This document shows positions 8,578 to 17,571 of a stretch of 64,000 nucleotides of DNA, piece after piece (within the stretch, counting starts at the first letter, position 1; each line of letters begins with the position of its first letter). The stretch covers positions 30,477 to 94,476 of the IMG/VR virus record IMGVR_UViG_3300050120_000158; one strand, written 5' to 3'. Source of the stretch: a virus. Below the pieces are notes generated by a model. That model was not told where the DNA came from. It did not search any database and was given only the letters and a program-made list of their open reading frames with translations. The position numbers and the translations under genes were made by a program.

Positions 8578-9888
8578 ATGTCCGAGTACCTTACTAAGCG
8601 GAATGGCTACTGGCATTTTCAGCGACGTGTTCCCCTTGAACTAGCTGGGCTAGATAAGCGCGGCATCGTAAGGCACTCAACCAAGATCGCGGTTCGCGCA
8701 GATCGCAGGGGTGCCCGCGCTGCTGGCATAGCCGCTGGAATGAACCGGGAGCTAGAAGCGTATTGGCGCGGGCTAGAGGAAGGCAAAGCGCAAGAAGCTA
8801 TAGACCGCTATACGCGCGCTAGGAAACAAGCCCGTGCGTTCGGCTTTGAGTATGTGGAGACGCCGCAGCTAGTCGAGCGGCCAAGCGCATACGTGCTAGA
8901 GCGGCTTGAGAAACTGGTTACCACCAAGACTCTTGACGATGCGAGCGCGCGTACTGCCGTACTTGGGTATGAAAACCGCCCAGTGGTCAAGCTGTCGGAA
9001 GTGTTCTCTAGGTTCGAACACCAGACCCGGAACGAAGTTAAGGACATGTCGCCGGATCAGCTAAGGCGCTGGAAGAACGGTTACAGCCTATCGATGGCCG
9101 ACCTAATCACCGCGATAGGCGACAAAGACGTAACCGCTATCAGCCATACCGATATCCTCGATTACCTCGATTGGTTAGAGGGTCGCGTTGACGAAGGCGA
9201 CATAATCCCAAAAACGGCAAACAAGTACATCGGTCGCGCAAGCACAATGCTCAAGACCATTAACCGCAAACTTCGGCTTGGTATACCTGATCTGTTTTCC
9301 GGCATGCGCCTTCAGGGCGGGAAGAACGAGGTTCGGCCACCCTTCCCTACCGAGTTCGTCCAAGATCGAATATTGGCCGAAGGCGCTCTAATGGGGTTGA
9401 ACGATGAAGCCCGCCGCGCCGTGTTCTTGATCGCGGATAGCGGCTTACGTCTATCGGAAGCCGTCAACCTAAACGAGACCACGATTTTCCTCGAATGCAG
9501 TGTCCCATATGTGAAGGTAATGCCCGATGGGCGGCGAGTTAAGACGCCGGACTCAATCAGGGAAATACCTCTTGTCGGAACGGCCCTAGCTGCAATGCGG
9601 CTGCATCCTAAGGGCTTTCCGCGTTATCAGGATAAGGGAGCATCGTTCTCGGCATACGTGAATGGGTACCTTAAAGACGCGGGCCTTCGCCCTACCCCGA
9701 AGCATACCGTGTACTCGCTAAGGCACACGTTCAAGGATCGCTTGATCGCGCTCAAAGAGCAGGATTCTATGATAGAAGCATTGATGGGGCACGCCGATGA
9801 CCATCCTAAGTATGGTGCCGGGCCGTCCCTTGAATTGAAACTAGAGGTGCTTCAGCGTATCGCCTTCAGGCCGCCCCGGGTCCTGTAG
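8578..9888 (+). CDS. int: tyrosine integrase with DUF6538-like N-terminal domain
   Basis: YLTKRNGYWHFQRRVP N-terminus; SGLRLSE, KT, YSLRHTFKD, LMGH, Y catalytic pattern; ATG 8578 preferred to 8419, which lies inside attP. Confidence 0.92.
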   Translation: MSEYLTKRNGYWHFQRRVPLELAGLDKRGIVRHSTKIAVRADRRGARAAGIAAGMNRELEAYWRGLEEGKAQEAIDRYTRARKQARAFGFEYVETPQLVERPSAYVLERLEKLVTTKTLDDASARTAVLGYENRPVVKLSEVFSRFEHQTRNEVKDMSPDQLRRWKNGYSLSMADLITAIGDKDVTAISHTDILDYLDWLEGRVDEGDIIPKTANKYIGRASTMLKTINRKLRLGIPDLFSGMRLQGGKNEVRPPFPTEFVQDRILAEGALMGLNDEARRAVFLIADSGLRLSEAVNLNETTIFLECSVPYVKVMPDGRRVKTPDSIREIPLVGTALAAMRLHPKGFPRYQDKGASFSAYVNGYLKDAGLRPTPKHTVYSLRHTFKDRLIALKEQDSMIEALMGHADDHPKYGAGPSLELKLEVLQRIAFRPPRVL

Positions 9889-10067
9889 CTGTCGAGCAGC
9901 GCGAGGGCGCGGGCTTCGGTATCGCCAGCCGCACGCATGGCCGCTAGGTCTAGTTCCAGCTTCTCGAATATCGGGATGGCTTTCGGGCCGTCCAGCACAA
10001 CCAGATAGGCCGCGACGGCTAGGCCCCGCTCAAGTCGTTCGATTGTCACGGGTTCGCGGGATTGCAT
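9852..10067 (-). CDS. small protein convergent with and overlapping the integrase (possible directionality factor)
   Basis: 71 aa; position only. Confidence 0.5.
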   Translation of the reverse strand: MQSREPVTIERLERGLAVAAYLVVLDGPKAIPIFEKLELDLAAMRAAGDTEARALALLDSYRTRGGLKAIR

Positions 10068-10072
10068 ATTAT

Positions 10073-10088
10073 TGGCACGGTTCTTGCA
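10073..10088 (+). promoter_or_regulatory. second sigma54 -24/-12 consensus box
   Basis: TGGCACG-GTTC-TTGCA with exact GG-N10-GC spacing. Confidence 0.45.
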
Positions 10089-10136
10089 TGTATGGAAAAT
10101 CTTGCAGGAACCTGCAAGGCGACTAGGGGAATTGTA

Positions 10137-10370
10137 TCACAACCTAGTGCCTAAGACCACCGCATCGCGGTCGTGTCTATCGATGATAAACGGGGTATGC
10201 CATACCGGATGCACGTCGCAGATACCCCGCATCCGCTCCATATCGATTTCGCTGGCCGTGTCGCTATAAATCATCTTGAGGTATTCCGGCTCCGAACCCT
10301 CGTAATGCTGGTGGACGCAGAACACGTAGCGCTGGCCCCGGTCGCCAATCTTATGCGGAGGGAGAGTCAT
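10137..10370 (-). CDS. hypothetical protein
   Basis: ATGA-coupled ORF chain. Confidence 0.65.
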   Translation of the reverse strand: MTLPPHKIGDRGQRYVFCVHQHYEGSEPEYLKMIYSDTASEIDMERMRGICDVHPVWHTPFIIDRHDRDAVVLGTRL

Positions 10371-10564
10371 TCGCCGTACCGCTTCTTTATTTCGCGAAGA
10401 CCGCCCTCAATGGTATCGGTCGGAATAAGGTCTAGGGCTATTGCTAACTCCCGCATATCCTTAGCGGCGATTATCGCGTCCGCCTTGTCCGGTTCGTGCT
10501 TCACTACAATTGCCGAGGCTTGGGCAATCGCTATGATACCCTGTGCAATATCTGCGATATTCAT
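10367..10564 (-). CDS. hypothetical protein
   Basis: ATGA-coupled ORF chain. Confidence 0.65.
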   Translation of the reverse strand: MNIADIAQGIIAIAQASAIVVKHEPDKADAIIAAKDMRELAIALDLIPTDTIEGGLREIKKRYGE

Positions 10565-10902
10565 GTGAATGAATGTCCCAAGAGCCTAAGCGCGTTGCAG
10601 GTAGAAACCTCGCACTCGACGGCTTCTTCGTAACTGTCGAAGTACATAGTCTCGCCGTCGCCGTGACATTGTACGTTGCCGTTGGAGTAGAAGCAATCTA
10701 CGCTGGCTGAGCCACCCGTACTCGTATCGAATAGTGGTCCCTTGAGCCATCGGATAAAGAACTTCTGTCCGTCGTCAGTAGGTAGAACCTCGGAGAGCCG
10801 TTCGATCTGCCGGTTCCCAAGTACTCGGGTGTCGAAAACCTTGTCCTTAAGAAGGCTTTCGACCGTTCCGTCAGCGTGAAAGGCTACAACGAGTTTAGGC
10901 AT
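10561..10902 (-). CDS. hypothetical protein (MPKLVVAF...)
   Basis: GGAG RBS before ATG 10902. Confidence 0.65.
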   Translation of the reverse strand: MPKLVVAFHADGTVESLLKDKVFDTRVLGNRQIERLSEVLPTDDGQKFFIRWLKGPLFDTSTGGSASVDCFYSNGNVQCHGDGETMYFDSYEEAVECEVSTCNALRLLGHSFT

Positions 10903-10903
10903 T

Positions 10904-11401
10904 TCAAATACTCCGATTATTGATTTGTTCGCTTCGTGTGGCCCATGTGCAATTGTCGAGATTATAATGCCCGTCGTTTTCCTTCCGTTCAATAGATAAA
11001 TCTCCGTCAGGCTTTAATCCCATATCCTCCAAGAAATTTTCGAATACATGCCAGCGCACACAAACGTAGATGCCGCGACCGCCATAATGCTTAAATCGAT
11101 TGTGCTTAGGGTAATAGCAACGTTTCATCATATTCTGCCAAGCAGTGTACTCGACACTTTTGCCAGATTTACGAGCGTGACCATGCGTGGTTAAGCGCTC
11201 TACATTCGTGTCAATACGAAAACAACCGCAGGATTGCGTATGGCCACTTCTGAGATTTGAGCCGCAAACTATGCAAATGGTTTCGCATTCACAGATGCAC
11301 GTCCAGTAGATTTGCTCGCAAGAGGTATGCGCCCTTGCTAGTACGGTCAACCGTCCGAATTGCTTCCCTATTAACGGAATAGCTTGCCGACCGCGCGCCA
11401 T
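10904..11401 (-). CDS. HNH homing endonuclease
   Basis: GKQFGRLTV, CICEC, SCGC, YGGRGI, SIER..NDGHY..NC.WAT; GGAG RBS at ATG 11401. Confidence 0.85.
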   Translation of the reverse strand: MARGRQAIPLIGKQFGRLTVLARAHTSCEQIYWTCICECETICIVCGSNLRSGHTQSCGCFRIDTNVERLTTHGHARKSGKSVEYTAWQNMMKRCYYPKHNRFKHYGGRGIYVCVRWHVFENFLEDMGLKPDGDLSIERKENDGHYNLDNCTWATRSEQINNRSI

Positions 11402-11605
11402 GGTAGCTCCAAAAAACGTGCGCCGGATCAGGGCTAAGGGAGGCGTCCCCATACTGATCCGGCGCAATTGGCTAGCGATGGGATGCCCTCTCGCCGCTAA
11501 CCAATTGGTGACCGGGGCGCAGTGTTACAAACAACGCTCCCGGTCCGCTGACTATTTAAGGAGTCATGCTTATCCGGTTGCCGCACACAGCCCTAGATGT
11601 TGTGG

Positions 11606-12136
11606 TCATGTCATCCAGCCATGTTCGACTGCCTTGGCATTGCCGAGTGTCGGCTCAAAAGCGAAAAGCTCTCCCCAACTCAGCTTCCCGTGGTTGATTT
11701 TCGCCGTCAAAGCGCGATCCATTTGGCGAAGTGCATTCATCGCGCTATCCGCCTGCTCTTGCGAACGAAACGCGAGCGCACGGTTATGGTCGGAGGTCCA
11801 TTCAAAGGCCGCCGAGCCCGTCAGAACCTGTACGGCGAGGTATTTCGTCCCCGGCGCCTCGATAAGCCATCGGAAATCATCTCCTTGCGGCAGCCCCTCC
11901 ACCATGTGGCGGACCATCGCGTCGGCCTGCGTTGCGTCGAAAAGATTGGTGCCGCTAGGCTCATGCTTCATCGGGTGAGGCGTATGCTCGTTGAACGCCG
12001 CCTTGAAGCTGATCCCGGCGTCGGGACTGAAATCCTCCGGAAGTTTCCAGCCAAGGAAACGGTTCACCATGTGCTCGATTTGCTTTTTCAACATCTGGTA
12101 GCCCTTAGCGTTTGTGTGTCGGAACCGGATAAGCAT
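11606..12136 (-). CDS. hypothetical protein
   Basis: ORF track. Confidence 0.65.
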   Translation of the reverse strand: MLIRFRHTNAKGYQMLKKQIEHMVNRFLGWKLPEDFSPDAGISFKAAFNEHTPHPMKHEPSGTNLFDATQADAMVRHMVEGLPQGDDFRWLIEAPGTKYLAVQVLTGSAAFEWTSDHNRALAFRSQEQADSAMNALRQMDRALTAKINHGKLSWGELFAFEPTLGNAKAVEHGWMT

Positions 12137-12189
12137 GTAAGGAGTTAAAAGGACTAAACCCCGCGCCAGCGTTTGCAGGTTCCTGCAAG

Positions 12190-12387
12190 CTACCAGTTCT
12201 GGGCGACGGCCTGACCCTGTGACGCGGCGGCTTGATCGTCGTACTCGGGCTTGAGGTTCCGGGTCGCCGAACCGGCAAGCGCCGCTTCAATGCTGGCGGT
12301 AGCGGCAATACACGCATCGCCGGTTTCGCCTTCGACGTTGACCTTGCTGGTTCCGAACTTGTCGATGGTAACAATGATCTTGGGCAT
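12190..12387 (-). CDS. DUF2997 family protein
   Basis: IIVTIDKFG..VNVEG..G.ACIAATASIEAAL..KPEY. Confidence 0.8.
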   Translation of the reverse strand: MPKIIVTIDKFGTSKVNVEGETGDACIAATASIEAALAGSATRNLKPEYDDQAAASQGQAVAQNW

Positions 12388-12436
12388 TTCAGTATTCCTT
12401 GATGAATGAATTAGTGGGGCTGTTGGGCGACGGGCC

Positions 12437-12880
12437 TTAGGCGTATTCTGCCGTCAGCAAAATCTCGCCGTTCTTCCCGGCTTCGCGAACAACCTGATGA
12501 CCGGCAAGGGCCATTTGCTTTTCCGTGACATGGACGCCGTACATCTGCACGAGCTTGGCGATTGCAAGCTTGTCGCGGGGTTCGCCCGGCTCAATCTCGC
12601 ACGCCAGCACTGAACCATTGACCCCTCGGCCGTAGTTCATGTCGCCGTCGAACACCGGCATGTACGAACCGTCCGGCTGTTTGACGAGCCCAACGTCATA
12701 GCGCTGGCCGGGCAACTCGATGGTGTAGTCGCACGTGTTGGGCTGTCCCTCGTAGGTGCGGAACGTGCCGCTCTGCGAGAGGTTGATGCTGATCCCGCTC
12801 TGCTTCAGTTCCGCAATCGCGGTACGGAGGCAATCGATTTCGGTGATTTTAACGTCCTTGATGATGGTATTGTGGCTCAT
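12437..12880 (-). CDS. DUF1257 / Ycf35-like protein
   Basis: MSH.T.I..KITEIDCLRTAIAEL, YDVGL, KLVQMY; adjacent to DUF2997. Confidence 0.75.
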   Translation of the reverse strand: MSHNTIIKDVKITEIDCLRTAIAELKQSGISINLSQSGTFRTYEGQPNTCDYTIELPGQRYDVGLVKQPDGSYMPVFDGDMNYGRGVNGSVLACEIEPGEPRDKLAIAKLVQMYGVHVTEKQMALAGHQVVREAGKNGEILLTAEYA

Positions 12881-12887
12881 GGCACCC

Positions 12888-13526
12888 TCACTTGATTTTG
12901 ATGTTACGCCGGGATGGCGAACGATTGATCTTGATCTGGCCCTTTTCGGTTTCGACGGTTTTAACGGAAACGACGGGCCTCTTTCTCGTTTCCGCTTCTA
13001 CGATTACCGTCTGGAAGAATTCATCGGGCTCCCAGTTGTATTGATCGACCCTGCTAAGGTCGAACGTATATCCGAGTATATCGAATTGATCGGGCGGCAC
13101 AATATCGAAACGCCCCTCAATAATCCCGCTAGCCATCGTGGCATTCGGGTTCTCGGTGAAGGGAATGACAAGGCGACAAAGCGCCGCCTCGTCTCGCATG
13201 AGTAGCACAAACAGACCTGTATCATACGTTAGATCGCTTCCCTTCTTGCGTTCGATCTTGACGGTTACGCATGCACCCTCTTGGAGAGTGTACCGGCCTG
13301 TGACCCATACGCCGTGGTTGCGGTTCCGCTGGCCTGCCGGTATCTGATCGGAGCGCCCGATTTCAGCAACCTCGTTCTCTGCTCGACGCGATGCCTGCTG
13401 TAGCGGGGTATCGGTAAAGCCGGGCCTACGTCGATAGAATTGCGCGACCTTGACCGTACCGGCATACAGAGCGCCGCCGTTAGCGGCACTGAAACTCTCC
13501 ATACCTGATATTACGCCTAAAATCAT
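12888..13526 (-). CDS. hypothetical protein
   Basis: ORF track; GGAG RBS. Confidence 0.7.
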   Translation of the reverse strand: MILGVISGMESFSAANGGALYAGTVKVAQFYRRRPGFTDTPLQQASRRAENEVAEIGRSDQIPAGQRNRNHGVWVTGRYTLQEGACVTVKIERKKGSDLTYDTGLFVLLMRDEAALCRLVIPFTENPNATMASGIIEGRFDIVPPDQFDILGYTFDLSRVDQYNWEPDEFFQTVIVEAETRKRPVVSVKTVETEKGQIKINRSPSRRNIKIK

Positions 13527-13585
13527 TTGGTGGCTCCGTATAAAGTCGTTGCACGCTGCCGGATGCTAGAACGCCCGGCAAGCGG

Positions 13586-14098
13586 TTACAAGTTAATTCG
13601 GCTTCCCTTGTTAGCCCCTTGCTCCGCGTTGGTCGCCCATCGACAGTTTAGCTTCTCATAATTACCGTCTGTGTTGGGATAACGATCAAGCGTTTTACCG
13701 GCAGGCCGATTACCCATGTCGTGTAAAAAGTTCTCGAAATCGAACCAACGCGGGCAAACACTAATACCGCGAGCGCCATACCGGTAATACCTATTGTTAT
13801 TTTTGTCATAGCACCTCGAATGCATCGCCATCCAACTTCTAAACGTCCCGGTAGGGTAGATGCCTTGCTTACGTCCAACACTGTGTCCGTGCGTAGTTTG
13901 CACAACCCTTGCACGATCCACTTGTAAACACTTGCAAGATTGGGTATGGCCGCTGCGCAAATTGTCGGTCTGCACAACAATTAGAGTTCCGCAATCGCAC
14001 AGGCAATTCCACTGTGTTTTTCCGTTTTTATTGGCCGCTGCACCCTGAACAAGCAATCTGGTAAAACGGTGGCCAGCAAGGTTTACTTTGGCTATCAA
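13586..14098 (-). CDS. HNH homing endonuclease
   Basis: CLCDCG, SCKC, YGARGISVC, TLDR..NTDGNY..NCRWAT. Confidence 0.85.
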   Translation of the reverse strand: MIAKVNLAGHRFTRLLVQGAAANKNGKTQWNCLCDCGTLIVVQTDNLRSGHTQSCKCLQVDRARVVQTTHGHSVGRKQGIYPTGTFRSWMAMHSRCYDKNNNRYYRYGARGISVCPRWFDFENFLHDMGNRPAGKTLDRYPNTDGNYEKLNCRWATNAEQGANKGSRINL

Positions 14099-14436
14099 TA
14101 CGGAACCCCATTCTTGATGATCTGAGTAACCGTTTTCCGACCATCCTTATCGACCATGACCATTTCGACGTTATGCCCGGTCATCACCGAATGCATCAAA
14201 CGAATTGCACGTTTGATCGTTTCGGATTTGTCAGCCTCGATAATGCCCATGACTTCCTCAAGCATCAAGGTATGGTTCGCGGGCATACGAACCGTGATGC
14301 TCTTGGGTGGTGTCTTGTCCGCTGGTGGTGTTGGGTCAGCGGCCATTATTTTAGCTACCGCCACCATTGGCTTGAACCCCGACGACTTATTCAGTTGTGG
14401 AACGGTGAGCGGACGAACAGGCAGTTTCAGAACCAT
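14095..14436 (-). CDS. ribbon-helix-helix (CopG/Arc-like) DNA-binding protein
   Basis: SITVRMP..LEEVM..KSETIKRAIRLM strand-helix-helix pattern. Confidence 0.6.
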   Translation of the reverse strand: MVLKLPVRPLTVPQLNKSSGFKPMVAVAKIMAADPTPPADKTPPKSITVRMPANHTLMLEEVMGIIEADKSETIKRAIRLMHSVMTGHNVEMVMVDKDGRKTVTQIIKNGVPY

Positions 14437-14477
14437 AGTATTATTCCCTTGTGAGTTGTTTGCAGGTTCCTGCAAGT

Positions 14478-16241
14478 CTAGCCGTCGAGACCCTTACCCT
14501 TCGACGGCTTGGCAGGCATATTGATCCGACGCGCGCCGGGCAGTGCCCCTGCCTTAACCGGCAAAGTCTTGGGCGGTGCAACGCCGTCAAAGTGCATTCC
14601 AGATGACGCTGGCTTGGCGTTGTTCTTGGCCCATTCGTGCATGGCCTGCACTCGATCCGGGAAAGCATCGTGCAGCGGACGGATAGCTTTGGCCTCGTCC
14701 AAGAACACTTTGACGCCGGGCTTTTTCTGCTTGAGGTTGAAGCTCTCAAGCAACCCGGTCTTGACGAGTTCTTCAAGCTCCGCGCCGACGAAGTGATCCG
14801 TCGCCATGGCGATAGCGTTGATATCCTCGCCGCTCAACGAGTTTTCGTGGCCCCGGTTCTTGAGGTGGATTTTGATGATTTCTTCGCGTTCTTCGACCGA
14901 AGGGAACGTAACAGCGAAGATTTCATCGAGCCGCCCCTTTCGCATAAGCTCCGGGGGAAGACCCGTCACGTTATTGGCAGTCATAACGACGAAAACGGGG
15001 TACTTTTCGCTGTCCCTATCCTGCATCCACGAAAGGAAGCTACCGAATACACGCATGCCCACGCCCCCGTCACCGGCTGCGCCGTTCATGCCCCCGAATG
15101 CCTTGTCCACTTCGTCAAGCAGCAAGACGCAAGGGGCCATGCTTTCGATCATAACGAGGGCTTGTCGCATCCGGCCCTCGCTCTCGCCGATGAACTTGCC
15201 GAAGATTTTCCCGATATCGAATTTGACGAGCGGGACAAGCAGCGTGCTTGCCGTAGCCTTGGCGACGAGCGACTTTCCGCCGCCCGGGGGGCCAACGCAC
15301 ATGAAGCCCCTCGGAACTTCTACGCCGTAGCCCTTAGCTTCCGGCGAATAGGCATTGACCCGCTTTTTGAGCCACGCCTTGAGCAAGTCGAGACCGCCAA
15401 CGTCCGACATATTCCGGGGCTGCATCAATTCGAGAATGTCTGTCTTCTTGATCGCTTCGGTCTTGTGCTTGAGAACAACCTTGATGTAGTCGTCGGGATG
15501 CTGCTCGCCGTCCTCCCGAGTTTCGATTACGTTCTGGGTTTCAACGATACCGAGCGCCAGCGCCGTCTCGAATTCGTTGATCGTCATGCCGACCGCGTTC
15601 TGCACGATGGTATCGATCTGCCCCGCATCGAAATCCGGCTGGGCGCTGTCCTCGATGCTGTCCATGGTCTGCTGATAGCAGTCCAAGAGTTCGGCATGGG
15701 ACGGCGGACGAAAATCCATGACGTGAATATCGTCCTCAAGCTCAATCGGTATTTTGACGTTCTCAGGAACGAGAAACACCAACCGGTGATCGTGTTCTCG
15801 GGCCTTAGCAACGAAGTCTCGAATGTCCTGCTGGATCATCGCCTTGTCGAAGTGGAAGTGCAGATGGTGCAGCACAAAGATCGCCGGGGCCGTTTCCTTT
15901 ATGGCAAACTCAAGGGCCATGTGAACGTCGATAGTCCGTTCGATAGGGCCTCCTACCGGCTTTGCGATATCAATCCCATCCGTCAAACCGGCTGACGGGT
16001 CGGGAAACCGTTGCCAACCCTTGTTGCAGGTCCACATGAGGAATTGGACCGTTTTCTCGACGCTGATATCCTGAATGCAAGACGCCGCCCGTACAAGTTC
16101 CCGGGTACGAATGGCATAAACACCGATAGCAGCATTCGAGTTTTGCTTGAACTCGGTTTTGAAAAGGTCCGCGTTTTTGATTTCGCGGGTTTCGGCAGTG
16201 GTCATAAGCACGGGCATCACAAAGCTCCGATTTGAGGGCAT
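14478..16241 (-). CDS. Ycf46-like AAA+ ATPase
   Basis: DVGGLDLLKAWL, GPPGGGKS, LLLDEVDK, TANN, PPELMRKGRLDE, plus a degenerate N-terminal AAA domain. Confidence 0.88.
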   Translation of the reverse strand: MPSNRSFVMPVLMTTAETREIKNADLFKTEFKQNSNAAIGVYAIRTRELVRAASCIQDISVEKTVQFLMWTCNKGWQRFPDPSAGLTDGIDIAKPVGGPIERTIDVHMALEFAIKETAPAIFVLHHLHFHFDKAMIQQDIRDFVAKAREHDHRLVFLVPENVKIPIELEDDIHVMDFRPPSHAELLDCYQQTMDSIEDSAQPDFDAGQIDTIVQNAVGMTINEFETALALGIVETQNVIETREDGEQHPDDYIKVVLKHKTEAIKKTDILELMQPRNMSDVGGLDLLKAWLKKRVNAYSPEAKGYGVEVPRGFMCVGPPGGGKSLVAKATASTLLVPLVKFDIGKIFGKFIGESEGRMRQALVMIESMAPCVLLLDEVDKAFGGMNGAAGDGGVGMRVFGSFLSWMQDRDSEKYPVFVVMTANNVTGLPPELMRKGRLDEIFAVTFPSVEEREEIIKIHLKNRGHENSLSGEDINAIAMATDHFVGAELEELVKTGLLESFNLKQKKPGVKVFLDEAKAIRPLHDAFPDRVQAMHEWAKNNAKPASSGMHFDGVAPPKTLPVKAGALPGARRINMPAKPSKGKGLDG

Positions 16242-16252
16242 CCAATGGGGCG

Positions 16253-16298
16253 AGTATAGGCCCGGCTGTCTTACGCCGCAAGCAAAAAATCTGCGATA
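16253..16298 (-). promoter_or_regulatory. sigma70-like promoter with adjacent AAAAATCTGCGATA box
   Basis: Minus strand TTGCGG-N17-TATACT upstream of the AAA gene; box at 16285-16298. Confidence 0.45.
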
Positions 16299-16299
16299 A

Positions 16300-17109
16300 C
16301 TAGCGCGGAATGGTTATCTTGCGCCTTGGGCGGTAAGACGCTTGCTCCGGTTTAGCCTGTTTATCCTGCTTGGGTCCATCCCAGTGGGTGCCGCCTGTCC
16401 ACAGCTCGTTTGCAGGTTCCTGCAACGGTCTCACGACTAGCGTTACCTCAAACGATCCGCTGGGCATCTCTTGGATACTCTGGACCAGAACCGGGAGACC
16501 GTTATAAACGATAGTTGCCCCTATCTGATAGGAAACCAACTCAAATTCCTGCGCTAGGTGTAAGAACGTCGCCCCTTCTGGGTAGGGTGGTGGGGGCTGC
16601 TCACGAACACAAACTATATTGAATACACCGGTAGCTTGCTGCACGCAAGCAGACACAAACCACTGCTCCCCTACTCCGTCGCGCTCTATAGTAACAGCAT
16701 CCCCAATCCTCATTGACTGCGTAGCGTGGAAATCAAGTCGTTCCGTTATAGGAACAGTAAACGATGAATAGGTATACTGGGGTTCGGGGATCAGGCCCCC
16801 AAGGAGTGCCGCCGAAAGTCTATCAGCAGCCTCGCGCATCGCGCTATCTAGCCCCGGCGAATGTATCTCGGCAATTTCTTCGATAGTCCTCGTCTCATGG
16901 TCGATCCGGCGCACCGACATAGTTACCGGAACTATCTCGCAGGGAGCATCAAGGTAGCGCCGATACTCCGCTAGGGATGTTTCGTCTAGCTCCTGTCCGG
17001 GTAACGTCCGCGTAACCATGTCACGAAATGCATCAACCGGATGGGTGACGCTCCAATCCTCCCACGGGATAAATCGAGGGTTATTATCGCTTTCATCCTC
17101 TGGCGGCAT
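16300..17109 (-). CDS. hypothetical protein
   Basis: ORF track. Confidence 0.7.
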   Translation of the reverse strand: MPPEDESDNNPRFIPWEDWSVTHPVDAFRDMVTRTLPGQELDETSLAEYRRYLDAPCEIVPVTMSVRRIDHETRTIEEIAEIHSPGLDSAMREAADRLSAALLGGLIPEPQYTYSSFTVPITERLDFHATQSMRIGDAVTIERDGVGEQWFVSACVQQATGVFNIVCVREQPPPPYPEGATFLHLAQEFELVSYQIGATIVYNGLPVLVQSIQEMPSGSFEVTLVVRPLQEPANELWTGGTHWDGPKQDKQAKPEQASYRPRRKITIPR

Positions 17110-17222
17110 AACTACATCCCAATATGGCTAGGGCGGAAATCGACCACACGCCCATGGGGTCAATTCCCGCCCTTTTCACTGCCCGACTTCACGAGGCTGC
17201 TACCATTGCTGGTAGGAACAAT

Positions 17223-17250
17223 ACTATACCTATAACCGATTTTGTGTCAA
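17223..17250 (-). promoter_or_regulatory. sigma70-like promoter
   Basis: TTGACA-N16-TATAGT on minus strand in an intergenic gap. Confidence 0.5.
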
Positions 17251-17259
17251 GTCGCCGGT

Positions 17260-17562
17260 TTAGGTAATAATGCTGGTTCCGTCCGGTAGCTCACGGCTGA
17301 TCCGGTCGGTGGCGATATATTGATCTGCCGGGCTTTTACGACAAGGGCCGTTGTCATACCGCGCAGTATAGGGGACGCCCGGGTTGATATGTTTCAGAAC
17401 TGCCGCGAGTTGCTCTGCCTGCTTCGGATTGCGGATACAGAAGGCGCAAGGGCGCTCGCCGCTGGGGCCTGACGGATATGCAACGCCGCCCGCACTGTGT
17501 CCGCAGCCGTAACAGACGAGCGGCGCACCTTCTTTATCTTTCACTACGTTAGCGTGATCCAT
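17260..17562 (-). CDS. hypothetical protein with CxxC motifs
   Basis: CYGC, CAFC. Confidence 0.65.
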   Translation of the reverse strand: MDHANVVKDKEGAPLVCYGCGHSAGGVAYPSGPSGERPCAFCIRNPKQAEQLAAVLKHINPGVPYTARYDNGPCRKSPADQYIATDRISRELPDGTSIIT

Positions 17563-17571
17563 CTATGTTTC

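Noticed and set aside
14637-15995. 452-aa plus-strand ORF
   Set aside because: Antisense shadow of the AAA ATPase gene with no motifs of its own
14478-16241. AAA ATPase as the sigma54 activator for the two -24/-12 boxes
   Set aside because: No GAFTGA motif; it is a classical-clade Ycf46-like AAA protein
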